A model generated the notes under the pieces. It was not told the origin of the DNA. It made no database searches and saw only the letters and a program-made list of their open reading frames with translations. From Octopus sinensis (taxonomy: Eukaryota): 64,000 nt of DNA. Below are positions 50,900 to 64,000 of this stretch, in pieces. The position numbers and the translations under genes are program-made. The stretch covers positions 99,696,001-99,760,000 of the forward strand of contig NC_042998.1 of the NCBI RefSeq assembly GCF_006345805.1, in the 5' to 3' direction. The first letter of the stretch is position 1, and every line of letters starts with the position of its first letter.

Positions 50900-52020
50900 T
50901 TCATTTTGTTATTACTCATAAATATTGTATAAGCTTTGTTTTAAATATTGTATAAGCTTTGTATCAGAGCTTTGTTTTTCTCACGAATGATTGAATTTCA
51001 TTTCATCCAGGATGGGAGCTAGTTCCACCTGTGAATCATTGGCTCTTCTATATAAGATATGGATTGCTCTTCAGTGAAGAGCATTCTTCCTTCGACGGAA
51101 GTGTGTTCTATCTCGCATTTTAAAGCTTTTTTACCGTTATATATATACTGAAGTTTGCTTTTCTCTATCATCCTCGCAAGTAGATGGACTGATGCAGTTG
51201 TAGGGCAGCATTGGTTGTTATTGCAGCACTTGTCGCTCCTTGGCTTTGCCTATCGTGGTTGAGAGTGGGTCTCATAGGTTTCATCATAACATGAATAGGG
51301 AAGTTGTATCTCTATCTCGCATACTATGTGGACTTGAGGTTTTCCCTATCAACTACTTTAAAAATGGCAGTGCTATTTTTAAAACAAAGGAAGTTTTACT
51401 TAAATAAGATAAGACATTCTTCGTTTCGAATTTGGGTGGGATAAAAAAACCCGTTGTATCTTCCGTGATGCAGAGGTGTATTATTTTTTTCCTCTCAAGG
51501 ACTCTGTAGCTACATTTGAAAATAATTTCACATGTTCGGTGCACATAATGCTTCCACCTTTTGGTCTCTTAGAAAAATATTTTATATCGAGTTTTCCTGC
51601 TGCACAAAACATTAGCAGGAGTCAATTTATCGTTGTTCGTATTTACAGCGCCGACATGAATTTTTCTTTCAACATAATTTACCTATAGTATTTTTCTCTA
51701 ATATTTTAGCCAGCTCCAGCTCCTCGGAGACACAAGCAACACTCGCAAAACTTGCCGTTGCTTTTATTCTCTTATTTTTTGTCATTGTTTGAGCATATAT
51801 CTCCTCCGCCACCAGCTGTATCTCTGCTATTGTCAATAGCCATATTCTGGGGGTCATCACTTTCGTTAGGGTTACCTTGTTATTGCTTTTATATCTCTTA
51901 TAATTTGTTGATGTTATGGTGTTGAGGAAAACGTACTTCTTGCTCTCCTCTAAGACTTGAAGCTGTCACTACCGTTGCAGTGCTTCTTTCGGTCACTTCT
52001 CTCACAAACAACATGTTTTT
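50900..52020 (-). mobile_element. Heavily decayed RTE-like LINE (endonuclease to RT N-terminus)
   Basis: Remnants ...HSQPR...TTASVHLLARMIEKS resemble the RTE 'QP.EQAGFR...STIDHI..L.Q.IEK' block. Confidence 0.4.
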
Positions 52021-53410
52021 TGCGATGGTAGCGATGAAAGGAAACTTCTACGTTGTTCCCACGGCAAATGATATTTTTAAAATCAAAATATAAATGTAAT
52101 TTTCAGCCCCTAAAGGAAGAACAAAATGAACTAAACTAAAATAAAAATACACGCTTAGTTATCTTCCGAAGATAGTCCACAAACAAAAAACAAAAAATAT
52201 CCCTCTCAAACAGTAGTCCCTTGAGAAATCCTCCACAAATGAGGGTACACTGAATCACCTATTGTCATCAAGAATTCAGTAATAACAATAATCTACAGCT
52301 GCAGATGATAATAACGGTAGAGTATAGGACTAAATGCCCTGCAGTATCTATTTTCTTTTATGTTCAGAGTTCGAATTCCATTATGACTGAATTTCCCTTT
52401 CACTGTTCTAGAAACAACCAGTGATGTACTAGAGCAAATTAAATTAACTATGTTCCTTTCCACAAAATCTGAAGCTTTATACCAATAATGATAATAATAT
52501 TTTGAGGTGAGGGATACTGTTGTTGTTTAACTTCAAGTCAATCTTGTTTGAGTAAAGCTTTGATCAGCGACATTCCATATTTGACTGGGATTTGCTATAT
52601 CGACTACAGAAGGACGATTGGCAAAAGCAAGCGCAACGGGATTTTAACTCAAACCGTAGCGTGACGTAGCTAAATACAGCGAGGCATTTGTTTTTTCTAA
52701 CGTTTCACTGATTCTGACGATTTTCCTAACCTATCGCTTTAATATTGTTTGTTTTATGCCGATAATACACGCACGCACTGGTTCAATTTCATTTCCTTGT
52801 TATTCGTCAGTTGGTTAACTATTTAACCAAGTAACTAAGCGATTATTTGATCAATTATTTGGTTAATTAATCACTCTATTATGTTTCCACGCCATCCTTT
52901 CGACGCCATTCGCGTCCTCTTCAATGACGTGCCCTCGCTACAGGTTTAGATCTGTCCGTCTTTCTATCTCTTAGTTTTAGATTCTATATTTATATAGTTG
53001 TGTTGATGTTGGTAGGAATGTACACGGGAATGGAAGGCAGTTCACATCAAGAATCTTGCAAACCATATACAAAAACGAAAAATTGATATAAATTTTCCTT
53101 ATTTAAAATGCAAGGAGAGTGGAAGAGAAACAGTGTGCAAGGCTTTTTGGCTTTTAAGTTCAGGAAAATTGAAGTATAATTGTGTTTAGCGTTCTGTACT
53201 CCTAATAGTTTCTTCACAACTAGCTTAATAGTGAAAAAAAATCCTTTTTTATGAAACCTTACATATACGTTTTCGAAATTTACGTTGATGAATTTTTTGT
53301 AAATAGAAAGAGAAGTTCATATTAAGCTAAGCAATTCATAACTTTTACATGATCGCTGCGGGGGCGCGCGCGCGCGCACACACACACACAAACACACACA
53401 CACACAGAGG

Positions 53411-53455
<45 letters not shown>

Positions 53456-53743
53456 GCTCGTGCGTAGCTATGTTTACTGCATTATCAACATGATAATATG
53501 AAAAATATTCCGATTATTAACAGACCGAGAATAATCTGAATGTGTCTCATTCCCTTTTATTTGACATCATTATATTGAGCAATGAGATGTGTAATCAAGT
53601 AGGTATGGTTTTGGGGCTCACAATCACAAGGTCGTAGGTTCTAGTCCTGGGCCGGCTGGTACGTTGTTTCTTTTGAGCAAAGCACTTCATTTAACGTTGC
53701 ACCAGTCTGCTAGGCTCTCTGCAACATTTTAGTAATAAAAACA

Positions 53744-53876
53744 TGACTGTGTGGTAAGAAGATTGCTTCCCAACTACATGTATCCGGGTCCAGCCCCTCC
53801 TAGTATAGCCTTGTGAGTGGATATGGTAGACGGAAACTGAAAGAAGCCCGTCGGATATATATATATATATATATAG

Positions 53877-53907
<31 letters not shown>

Positions 53908-53921
53908 TGAATGTGTTTATA

Positions 53922-54002
<81 letters not shown>

Positions 54003-54350
54003 AAATGGGACAAGAACGCAAAACATCCGGACAACCAGGTGATACAAAAAGGGGACAACAAAACATCCAGAAAGACGATACAAAGAAAATAAGGACGGGT
54101 CATTCGAAGTTTTCTATCTTCAGTCAAGAACCAGATTATCCTCGCAATTTCGGCTGATTATTCGCTTGACAACCGGTGTTAGTTTCTACATGTCTCCGTA
54201 ACTCAGCGATTCAGCAAAAGTTATCGATAGAATAAGTACCGGGCTTAAAAAAAAAGTACTGTTGTCGATTCATTCGACTAAAAACCTTTCAAGGCGGTGC
54301 CCCAGCATGGCCGCAGTTCAATGACTGAAACAAGAAAAGGATAAAAGAGA
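53744..54350 (+). mobile_element. SINE family A with a Penelope-like fragment (53998-54160) in its microsatellite
   Basis: Head and tail match family A; the internal unrelated piece contains ...tcttcag...caatttcggctg. Confidence 0.8.
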
Positions 54351-55169
54351 TAAAATATGCATTATTAAGAGAATTATAATGAAACAAAGCCGGAGAAAGT
54401 GGGGGTAGGGAGGGGGGTCACTAAAGTGTAGTTATGTCAGTGTTTGTTGGGTGTTCAACGAGTTCAGATGTCGTGAGGCGTGGGAAAAGATGATATTCGG
54501 GATTACGACCCTTAACAGATTACTCGAAAACCGGATTTTATCTTTATGGTATTTAGTTACTCTACCATTCTGTTTGTTCTGTGTTCAGATATCATCAGCT
54601 TCAGTTTCATTTTTCATCCATTCGGTGTCATTAAAATGATGTGTTGTTGGCAGCGGTGGCGGTAGCGGCGGCGGTGGTAGTGGTAGCGGTGAGGGTGAGG
54701 GACGGGGGTGGGGAAAGGTAGCGGGGTCGATTGAAATCGACTGTATGCCTTTCAACTCCCAACGATTGTGTGTGTGACCTTGTGGAACAGCTAGAAATCA
54801 ATATTGATCTCATTTGTGATTAGGTACAAGGCATATTTAGCAATAGGTATATTGTGATATTTATATGCCAAAGTTAAAAAGCATTTATTCAACAAGCCAG
54901 CGACAGAACCTCTTGTATGTATGTATGTATGTATGTATGTATGTATGTATGTATGTATGTATGTATGTATGTATGTATGTATGTATGTGTGCGCGTATGT
55001 ATGTATGTATGTATGTATGTATGTGTGTGTATGTATGTATGTATGTATGTATGTGTGTACATATATATAATATATATATATATACATACATATCTATGTA
55101 TATAAGTATGTGTGTAAGTATGTGTGTGTGTGTATGTGTGTGGTGTGTGTGTGTGTGTGTGTGTGTGTG

Positions 55170-55310
55170 CAGGCGTGGGTGTGTAGTAAGAAGCTTGCTT
55201 CTTAACCATATGGTTCCGGGTTCAGTCCCACTACGTGGCACCTTGGGCAAGTGTTTTCAACTATAGCCTCGGGTCATTATTTGGTAGACGGAAACTGAAA
55301 GAATCCTGTC

Positions 55311-55350
<40 letters not shown>

Positions 55351-55363
55351 TCATACGCCTGTC

Positions 55364-55401
<38 letters not shown>

Positions 55402-55750
55402 TCACACATACGACAGGCTTCTTTCAGTTTCAGTCTACTAAATTTACTCACAAGGCTTTGATCGGCCTGAGGTTATAATAGAAACACTTGCCCAAGGTGC
55501 CACGCAGTGGGACTGAACATATATGCGTATGTTTGTGTGTCTGTGTTTGTTCCCTCACCCCAAACATCGCGTGACAACCGATGTTGGTGTGTTTACGTCT
55601 CCGTAACTTAGCGATTCTGCAAAAGAGACCGATAGAATAAGTACGAATAAGTACTAGGCTAACAAAGAATAAGCCGTCGGGTTGATTTATTCTATTAAAG
55701 GCAGTACTCCAGCATGGCCGCAGTCAAATGACATGAAACAAATAAATAAA
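55170..55750 (+). mobile_element. Rearranged SINE family A containing an inverted head segment (55409-55518)
   Basis: Plus-strand head, (TA)n, minus-strand head, then plus-strand tail. Confidence 0.8.
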
Positions 55751-55786
55751 ACAATACACACACATACACACACACATATATATACT

Positions 55787-55865
<79 letters not shown>

Positions 55866-55885
55866 ATATTATAGACAGACAGACT

Positions 55886-55957
<72 letters not shown>

Positions 55958-56150
55958 CGACAGTCTTCTTTCAGTTTTCGTCTACCAAATCCACTCACAA
56001 GGCTTTGGTTGGCCTGAGACTATAGAAGACACTCGCCCAAGGTGCCATGTAGTGGGACTCAACCCAGAACCATGTGGTTGGGAAGCAAGCTTCTTACCAC
56101 ACAGCCTGCCCCAGCATGGCCCCAGTCTAATAACTGAAACAAGTAGAAGA
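55958..56150 (-). mobile_element. SINE family A head (minus) fused to a plus-strand tail piece
   Basis: Matches the family A consensus. Confidence 0.8.
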
Positions 56151-56179
56151 ACAAAAAAAAAGATATCTATGTGTGTGTG

Positions 56180-56540
56180 TGTTTACTGTGTAGTTTTCGG
56201 CCAGTATAGGCCCAGGCCATGTCTAACTTAATAGCACCAGCTGGTGAAGTTTTTTAGTCATATATGAGGCACCATAGCCCACTCTAGTAAAGAGTTATTA
56301 TTGTTGAAGACATATCCGGGTGTAGGAGGTTCGTCCGGGATTTTTTGAAGAAATTTGTCCATTAAACTTTTGAATTTTATGGGATCCGTTTCCGTTTTGA
56401 CGTATTTTGGTATGGTATTAAAGAAAGCTGGACCGGTTGAGGTACAGTAACTGCGACGTAATGTTGCTATGTGTGCCGTTTTCGATTTTCGTAGTGGGCG
56501 GATAAGGTAAGGAAGGCACGTTGAACAACTTCGTCCGATA
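56180..56540 (-). mobile_element. CR1-like LINE 3' end
   Basis: STGPAFFNTIPKYVK...FKSLMDKFLQKIPDEPPTPGY...NNNSLLEW. Confidence 0.85.
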
Positions 56541-56684
56541 GAACATGGCCACCTGCCTGGCCTTTGAGTTGAGGTTTTCACAACCACTTGGTCTTTAGGT
56601 GCCTCTGGGAAAGTCCCAGACTACTGACCCCAGCATAATTTGATCACTTTGTCCCTCTTGTCCCAGGAAAAGTAATGATAATAA

Positions 56685-57500
56685 TAATCCTTTCTACTAT
56701 AGGTACAAGACCTGGATTTTCTGGGGAGGAGGACAGTCGATCACATCGACCCCAGTACTCAACTGGTACTTGATTTATCGATCCCGAAAGGATGAAAGGC
56801 AAAGTCAACATCGGTGGAATTTGAGCTCGGAACATAAAAAGTCGATAGAAAGGCGGCGAGCTGGCAGAAACGTTAGCACACCGGGCGAAATGCGTAGCCT
56901 TATTTCGTCTGCCGTTACGTTGTGAGTTCAAATTCCGCCGAGGTCGACTTTGCCTTTCATCTTTTCGGGGTTGATTAAATAAGTACCAGATACGCACTGG
57001 GTCGATATAATCGACTTAATCCGTTTGTCTGTCCTTGTTTGTTCCCTCTGTGTTTAGCCCCTTGTGGATAATAAAGAAATAGGTATTTCGTCTGCAGCTA
57101 CGTTCTGAGTTCAAATTCTGCTGAGGTCGACTTTGCCTTTCATCCTTTCGGGGTCGATAAATTAAGTACCAGTTGCGTGCCGGAGTCGATGTAATCGACT
57201 TAATACGTTTGTCTGTCCTTGTTTGTCCCCTTTATGTTTAGCCCCTTGTGGGCAATAAAGAAATAAGAAATGTTGCTAAGCATTTTGTCCCGCGCACAAA
57301 CTATTCTTCCAACTCACCGCCTTTATTTTGTCCGTCGGACTAACGATCCGGCTAATAATAATTCTTCCTAATTTGAGAGCAGGGAACAAGTTGAATAAAT
57401 CGAACCCAGTACTTGCTTGACAAGTATTCATTTTATCTTTCCATGAACCAATGAAAGGTAAAGTTGAACTTGACGGGATTTGAACTCAGAACATAGAACG
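56685..57500. mobile_element. Cluster of SINE family B copies (plus-strand dimer 56850-57270 nested in a minus copy)
   Basis: Consensus matches on both strands. Confidence 0.88.
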
Positions 57501-57559
57501 TTAACATATTTTAAACATGTTTTCCAATGCTATATCGATCCTGCTTAGCTTATAAAATT

Positions 57560-57591
<32 letters not shown>

Positions 57592-59241
57592 GCGGGTGAA
57601 AGTGGGATTGACCTGAAGCGGGAATCGAAACCGGTACACTAAGCCCTCTCTTTTACCACCACCTTGCTCGTTTGATTCAAGTGAAGCTCCCCTCTTGCGT
57701 TATGCGGTATGATGGAATTGGGGTATGGCAAGTGTCAATCTCATATCCTAAACACTTAGCTAATTTGTTACGTTAATCCATTAGGGGGTAGCGTTATATA
57801 GTTTTTTTACAGGTTTGTTTATTCTTCATGTCGTATTTTTCTTGTGGTCGTAGTAGTAGTAGTAGTAGTAGTAGCAACTAATTTTTTTTTAATGATTTCG
57901 ATCGAGAATCCAGGCATCTTTTCTTCTTATTTGTGTTTCTCTTTTTGTCTTCTCTTAATGTATTTTATGCTTGGTTTAGTATATTTACTTTTAATCTGCC
58001 CCTTCTCCACTTTCTACACCACCACCGTCATCATCTTCATCATCACCTCTCTCACACTCTCCCGATATCTCTTTTCATGCCTCTCTCTCTCTCTCTCTCT
58101 CTCTTTCTTTCTATCTATCTATCTATCTCTCCATCTCTCCTCTGCACGTGGTTTGCTTCGGCTGGCTGACGGACAGACATACAGACACCATCGCTACGGA
58201 AACACCTACAGGGGTGGAAGGTAGCGGGAAGCTGACTCTTATATGCTTTAGGACATAAAAAGAAAAAATAATAATAATAATAAATAATAATAATAAATAA
58301 TAATAATAATATGAGGTGGTAGCGGTAATGGTAGTGATTATTGCGATGGTGTCAGTGGCGGAGATGGCGGTGGTAGCAGAGTAACAGTAGTAGCAGTAGT
58401 AGCTGTAGTAGTAGTAGTAGTAGTCGCTGGAGTAGCGGCAACGATGATGGTGCTGGAAATGATTGGTAGTTGCGAGGTAAAGACGAAAAACAAGTGAAAA
58501 GAGCGAGAGAGAGAGAGAGAGAGAGAGAGAGTGAGAGAAAAGAAAATAAAGAATAAAAAATAGCAGCAAGCAACAACAAACCAACAAACAAATAAAAAAA
58601 AAAGGATGTAGAAATACAAAAAATATCAATAAAACAATAACAAGAGGAGCTTGGCAGAGTTTTTCGCTAACAAGTTCCTCTCAGTGTGTGTCAGTTATAA
58701 AGTGACAAGGAGAACGACATGCAAGTTGTATAAACTTCGACAACTGGGAACTAAGCTTATAGTCAACGTGAAACGAAGATACAATTTCATGTAAGATATT
58801 ATTAATAATTCTTTATTAATTAATAGTAATTATTTAATGTTTACTGGTTTCATTATTTTAATACTGACTGTTTTCTTTTGCTTTGCTTTGCTTTTTTTTA
58901 CTTGATATATTTGCTTTGTTATTTTTGTTTACAAGTTGGTGTTTCTTTCAATGAAAGTATTTTCTTGTCTACTTTTCTACAGTCTCATATCAAACCACCG
59001 ATATACATATAATGTTGCATTCATTCATTTCTTCGTTCCATCATCAGATTTGTTCATTCATTTAATGTTTTATGCACGGGCGCATGCCCCCCCCCTCGCT
59101 TTCTCTCATGCACATACGCGCATACATGCAAATAATATTATGTATGTTCCCACATTAATATGCATATTCATATATACATGCAAAATACACAAACGCACCT
59201 ATATATAGGTGTGCGTGTGTATAGGTATGTGTGTGTATAGG

Positions 59242-59297
<56 letters not shown>

Positions 59298-59311
59298 TGT
59301 GTGCGTGTGTG

Positions 59312-59356
<45 letters not shown>

Positions 59357-59447
59357 GTCCTGTAGCCATATATGCATGTATATATACATGTAGAGGTAGG
59401 TACGTACATATATGTATGTATATATGCATATGTTTTATTTATTAATT

Positions 59448-59486
<39 letters not shown>

Positions 59487-59649
59487 GAATGTATGTATAT
59501 AGGTGTGTGTGTATGTGTGTGTGTGTACATATCTGTATATGTGTATACATATCTGTGAGCGTGTCTTTGTATATGCGTATGTGTGTATTGTGCGTGTGTG
59601 TGTGTGTGTGTGCGTGTGCGCACGCGTATATAAGAGTATGTTTATGTAG

Positions 59650-59900
59650 AGGCATGCGGCTCAATGGTTAAGGTGTTTGACTTATCGTAGGATTGTGGTT
59701 TCGATTCCTGGACCAGGTGACGCGTTGTGTTCTTTGAACAAAACACTTCATTTCACACTGCTCCAGACCACCCTGCTGGCAAAAATTAGTAATTCTGTGA
59801 CAGACAGGTGTTGCGTCCAAATGGGGAATTTTATGCGCCACGGAAACTGGGGAAACCGGCCCTTATGAGTCTATAGGATTCAAGGAAGGAAATTTATCAT
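59650..59900 (+). mobile_element. Third tRNA-derived SINE family (V-SINE-like body)
   Basis: A box ggctcaatggttaagg, B box ggtttcgattcc, ...tgtgttctttgaacaaaacacttc...gccacggaaactggg; related head at 53600-53710. Confidence 0.7.
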
Positions 59901-59939
59901 TTATCCTATGAATAAAGATATATTGGTTTATTTTTTTCT

Positions 59940-60140
59940 TTTATTTCTTCCAGTCATTTGACTGTGGCCATGCTGGAGTACTGCCTTTATTCGAACAAAT
60001 CGACCCCACGACTTATTCTTTGTAAGCTTAGTACTTATTCTATCGGTTTTCTTTTGCCGAACCGACAAGTTACGGGGACGTAAACACACCAACATCGGTT
60101 GTCAAGCGATGTTGGGGATATAAACACAGACACAGAAACA
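59940..60140 (-). mobile_element. SINE family A 3' half
   Basis: Matches the family A consensus. Confidence 0.88.
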
Positions 60141-60159
60141 TATAATATATATAGGGAAA

Positions 60160-60300
60160 TGGGTTGGTGCATAATTATTGCGGCTTTTTTCTACAAATTT
60201 TATTCAACAAAAACAATAACATAACAAAAACATCCTTAATATGATTATTCCGGAGCATATTCACCATCTACTTCACTTACTGCTTCCCATTTGCTTGAAG
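60160..60300 (-). mobile_element. mariner right end, same family as 14667-14818
   Basis: Closely similar TIR and transposase terminus. Confidence 0.8.
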
Positions 60301-60632
60301 CAAATCGATTCCCAGTGCTTATTTTATCAGTGTTTTGCTGAACCGTTAAATTACAGGAACTTAAAGAAACCAGTACTTGTCAAACGAGGAAAGACACACA
60401 AAAAAAAAAAAAACGCGCATATATACATATACACACTGCGGGGTTCCACACAGTTTCCATCTACCAAATTCACTCAGAAGACATTGGTCGACCCGAGGCC
60501 ATAGCAAAAGAAACTTACCCAAGTTTTCCAAGCAGCGGAACTGAACGACCGAACCGCACACAGTCATCGTGTGTGCGCGCGTGTGCGTTTATGTGTGTGT
60601 GTGTGTGTGTGAATGTGTGTGTGTGTGTGTGT

Positions 60633-60998
60633 GTATGTGTGTGTATAAATATAGATATTATCCGAAATGTACAGTATTAAATATCCAATCACGGCTAATC
60701 TTATATATATATATATACACGCGCGAACTTACGTACGCATACACACACACACACAGATATACGTGGACTGACGCATACATTCTCTTTCTATTTCGGTGAA
60801 TGTTTAATTATTTTCCCTGGCCTTGCATACCTTTTTTGATGATGCCCCTCCTCCATCCATCCCTCATTGCACATACACGCATACACACACACACATGTAT
60901 ATATACTAAACTTTTACAAGGGGAACTTTAATAGTACTGATTCAATCTTCAGCTTAAATTGTTTTTATATATAACTTTGACGTAAAAACAACATTAAC

Positions 60999-61034
<36 letters not shown>

Positions 61035-61418
61035 GTGTGTGTGTGTGTGTGTGTATGTGTGTGTATAAATATAGATATTATCCGAAATGTACAGTATTAA
61101 ATATCCAATCACGGCTAATCTTATATATATATATATACACGCGCGAACTTACGTACGCATACACACCACACACAGATATACGTGGACTGACGCATACATT
61201 CTCTTTCTATTTCGGTGAATGTTTAATTATTTTCCCTGGCCTTGCATACCTTTTTTGATGATGCCCCTCCTCCATCCATCCCTCATTGCACATACACGCA
61301 TACACACACACACATGTATATATACTAAACTTTTACAAGGGGAACTTTAATAGTACTGATTCAATCTTCAGCTTAAATTGTTTTTATATATAACTTTGAC
61401 GTAAAAACAAACATTAAC

Positions 61419-61421
<3 letters not shown>
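60633..61421. repeat. Direct tandem duplication, period ~420 bp, bounded by (GT)n
   Basis: 60633-61001 and 61053-61421 differ only by small indels in simple runs. Confidence 0.95.
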
Positions 61422-61454
<33 letters not shown>

Positions 61455-61559
61455 TGTGTGCATGCACACATACATCTGTGCGTATGTGTATTTGTGCGTA
61501 TCTGCGCATAACATACTCACAATCACCCATATGTAATATGTTTTGGTATTTCACTGTGT

Positions 61560-62210
61560 AAAGACGGCGAGGTGGCTGACTCGTTAGCACGCCGAGCAAA
61601 ATGCATAGCAGCACTTCGTCCGTCTTTACGTTCAGAGTTCAAATTCCGCTGAGGTCGACTACGCTTTTTATCCTTTTAGGGTTGATAAAATAAGTACCAA
61701 TCAGGCACTGGGGTCGATGTAATCGTCTAGCCCCCTCCACGAACATTTCACCTCTTGTGGCTGCAGTAGAAAAGAGATTTCATTGTTTCTGCTTTAAGTA
61801 ACTGAATGACTTGTAAGATAATAATTAAAAAAGAGAGAGAATATATTATTTTCTGCTCTAGGCACAAGGCCCGAAATTTTGGGGGAGGGGCCAGTTGATT
61901 ACATCGACGCCGGCACGCAACTGGTACTTCATTTATCGACCCCGAAAGGATGAAAGGCAAAGTCAACATCGGCGGAATTTGAACTCAGAACGTAAAGACA
62001 CAAAATACCTATTTCTTTACTACCTACAAGGGGCTACACACAGAAGGGACAAACAAGGACAGACAAACGGCTTAAGTCGATTATATCGACCCTGAAAGAA
62101 TGAAAGGCAAAGTCGACCTCGGCGGAATTTGAACTCAGAACGTAGCGGCAGACGAAATACTGCTAAGCACTTCGCCCGGCGTGCTAACGATTCTGCCAGC
62201 TCGCCGCCTA
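61560..62210. mobile_element. SINE family B copies: plus 61560-61760, minus composite 61850-62210
   Basis: Match the family B consensus. Confidence 0.88.
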
Positions 62211-62345
62211 GAGAGAGAATATATTGAGACTAGTTTAGAAACTAAAACGTCAGGTCCACACTCTGTTAGAAATGTGTGACGCATACATGCGTCACACATT
62301 TATACAAGCATGCGTATGTCTCTCTGAATAATGTAGATATTTATA

Positions 62346-62720
62346 TGGCTGTGTAGTAAGAAGCTTGCTTCCCAACCACATGGTTCCGGGTTCAGTCCCA
62401 CTGCGTGGCACCTTGGGCAAGTGTCTTCTACTATAGCCTCGGGCCGATACAGGCCTTGTGAGTGTATTTGGTAGACGGAAACTGAAAGAAGCCCATCGTA
62501 TATATATATATAGTGTGTCTTTATTTGTCCCCGCCCCCATCAGCCATTGACAACCGATGGTGGTGTGTTTACGTCCCAGTAACTTAACGGTTCGGCTCAA
62601 GATATCGATAGAATAAGTACTAGGCACAAAAAAATAAATCTGGGGGTAGATCTGTTCGACTAAAATCATTCAAAGAGGTGCTCCAGCATGACCGCAGTCG
62701 AATGAAACAAATAAAAGAAT
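62346..62720 (+). mobile_element. SINE family A
   Basis: Matches the family A consensus. Confidence 0.9.
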
Positions 62721-62824
62721 ATATATATATATGTATGTGTGTGTGTGTGTGTGTAGCCGAACCACATATTTATCGCTTGCCAGGCGATCGTGGTGCTTAT
62801 TGCACTAAACCACGATACTTTCGT

Positions 62825-63227
62825 TATAATCCTTTCTGCTATAGGCACAAGGCTTGAATTCTGGGGGCGGGAGCAAGTCGATTACATCGACTCCAGTACT
62901 CAGCCAGTACTTATTTTGTCGATCCCGAAAGGATGAAAGGCAAAGTCGACCTCGGCGGAATTTGAACTCAGAACGTAGCGACGGGCGAAATACCTATTTC
63001 TTTACTACCCACAAGGGGCTAAACACAGAGAGGAGAAACAAGGACAGACAAACTGATTAAGTCGATTATATCGACCCCAGTGCGTAACTGGTACTTATTT
63101 AATCGACCCCAAATGGATGAAAGGCAAAGTCGACCTCGGCGGAATTTGAACTCAGAACGCAGCGGCGGACGAAATACGGCTACGCATTTCGCCCGGCGTG
63201 CTAACGTTTCTGCCAGCTCGCCGCTTA
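62825..63227 (-). mobile_element. SINE family B dimer
   Basis: Matches the family B consensus. Confidence 0.9.
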
Positions 63228-64000
63228 CTTTTATTATAATAAAGTAACACTCATGTCTTCCACACTCACGGTCCTCCCCCTATCTCTCTCTGCGTATGTG
63301 TGTGTGCATGAGCTTTCGTGTGTGTACGTGGAATCTAAATGAATATATCTACTAAACAGAAGAAACTTGGAAGTTATTTCATATACATATATATATAGAC
63401 GAAAATTCAAAGTTGCCTCAACTTTGATTATTGTATCTTATTTTGAGGCAAAGTGTACTTAGAAACACATTTCCATAATGTCCTGCTATTTCTAGCAGGT
63501 CGCACAACCACATAGGGCTTCACACGCTGACCTTTTTACCCGGTGGAAGCTGCTTTATGCATAACAAATTTAATATGACTGTCAGTTGTTGTCGATGGCA
63601 ATATCAATATTCTGATTAAACAGTTCAATTATCAAAATGAGTTCCAGTCGTGATCATCAATCGTATTTGATTCGGACATTGTTTCTATGCCTACATTATC
63701 CAGTGTGCCTTTCAGTTTTTTAAAAAGGAAGTTGGGTGTAGTGATTTGAGGCAGGTTTGATTGCTATTTCTAACAGCTTGCTGGGCTCTCTCTTAATAAT
63801 GGAAGATGTGCATAATGAATTTGATTTGACGGCCAGTAGTCAGATGACGGAGGGGTGAACCCAGTAAGACAACACGGCTAGTTAGTCCGAGATTAAATGG
63901 TAGAGTCTGGCTGAGAGCAACTTTGAAATGTTCTGGCAAATACGCTTAGATAAACTGGTGCGATGGAAAATGCAACGTTTCACCAGTAGCAAGTTTAAAC

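Noticed and set aside
57844-58629. Hydrophobic 'membrane protein' ORFs
   Set aside because: Hydrophobicity comes from T-rich and trinucleotide simple repeats.

Overview
Eukaryotic, AT-rich DNA saturated with microsatellites. The two dominant tRNA-derived SINE families look like those I recognise from octopus (coleoid cephalopod) genomes. Almost all ORFs in the supplied track are translations of microsatellites. No host protein-coding gene can be identified with confidence; there is one tentative minus-strand model (5'UTR-like exon 42029-41939 plus an ATG exon from 36651). Supported mobile DNA: a decayed but nearly full-length Ty3/Gypsy (Mag-like) LTR retrotransposon (8699-13058, minus), a non-autonomous Helitron with canonical ends (13870-14588), mariner and hAT-MITE relics, CR1/L2-, RTE- and Tx1-like LINE fragments, many SINEs, and Penelope-like fold-back elements with minimal hammerhead-ribozyme motifs. 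The most unusual part is the first ~4.25 kb. It is microsatellite-poor and holds tightly packed, intronless, alternately oriented, stop-interrupted reading frames that match no transposon domain I can recognise, so it may be a fossil of an integrated large DNA virus or giant element that continues left of the window. Several short local templated or inverted duplications also recur, one with a snap-back junction. All family assignments are by eye; no searches were run.
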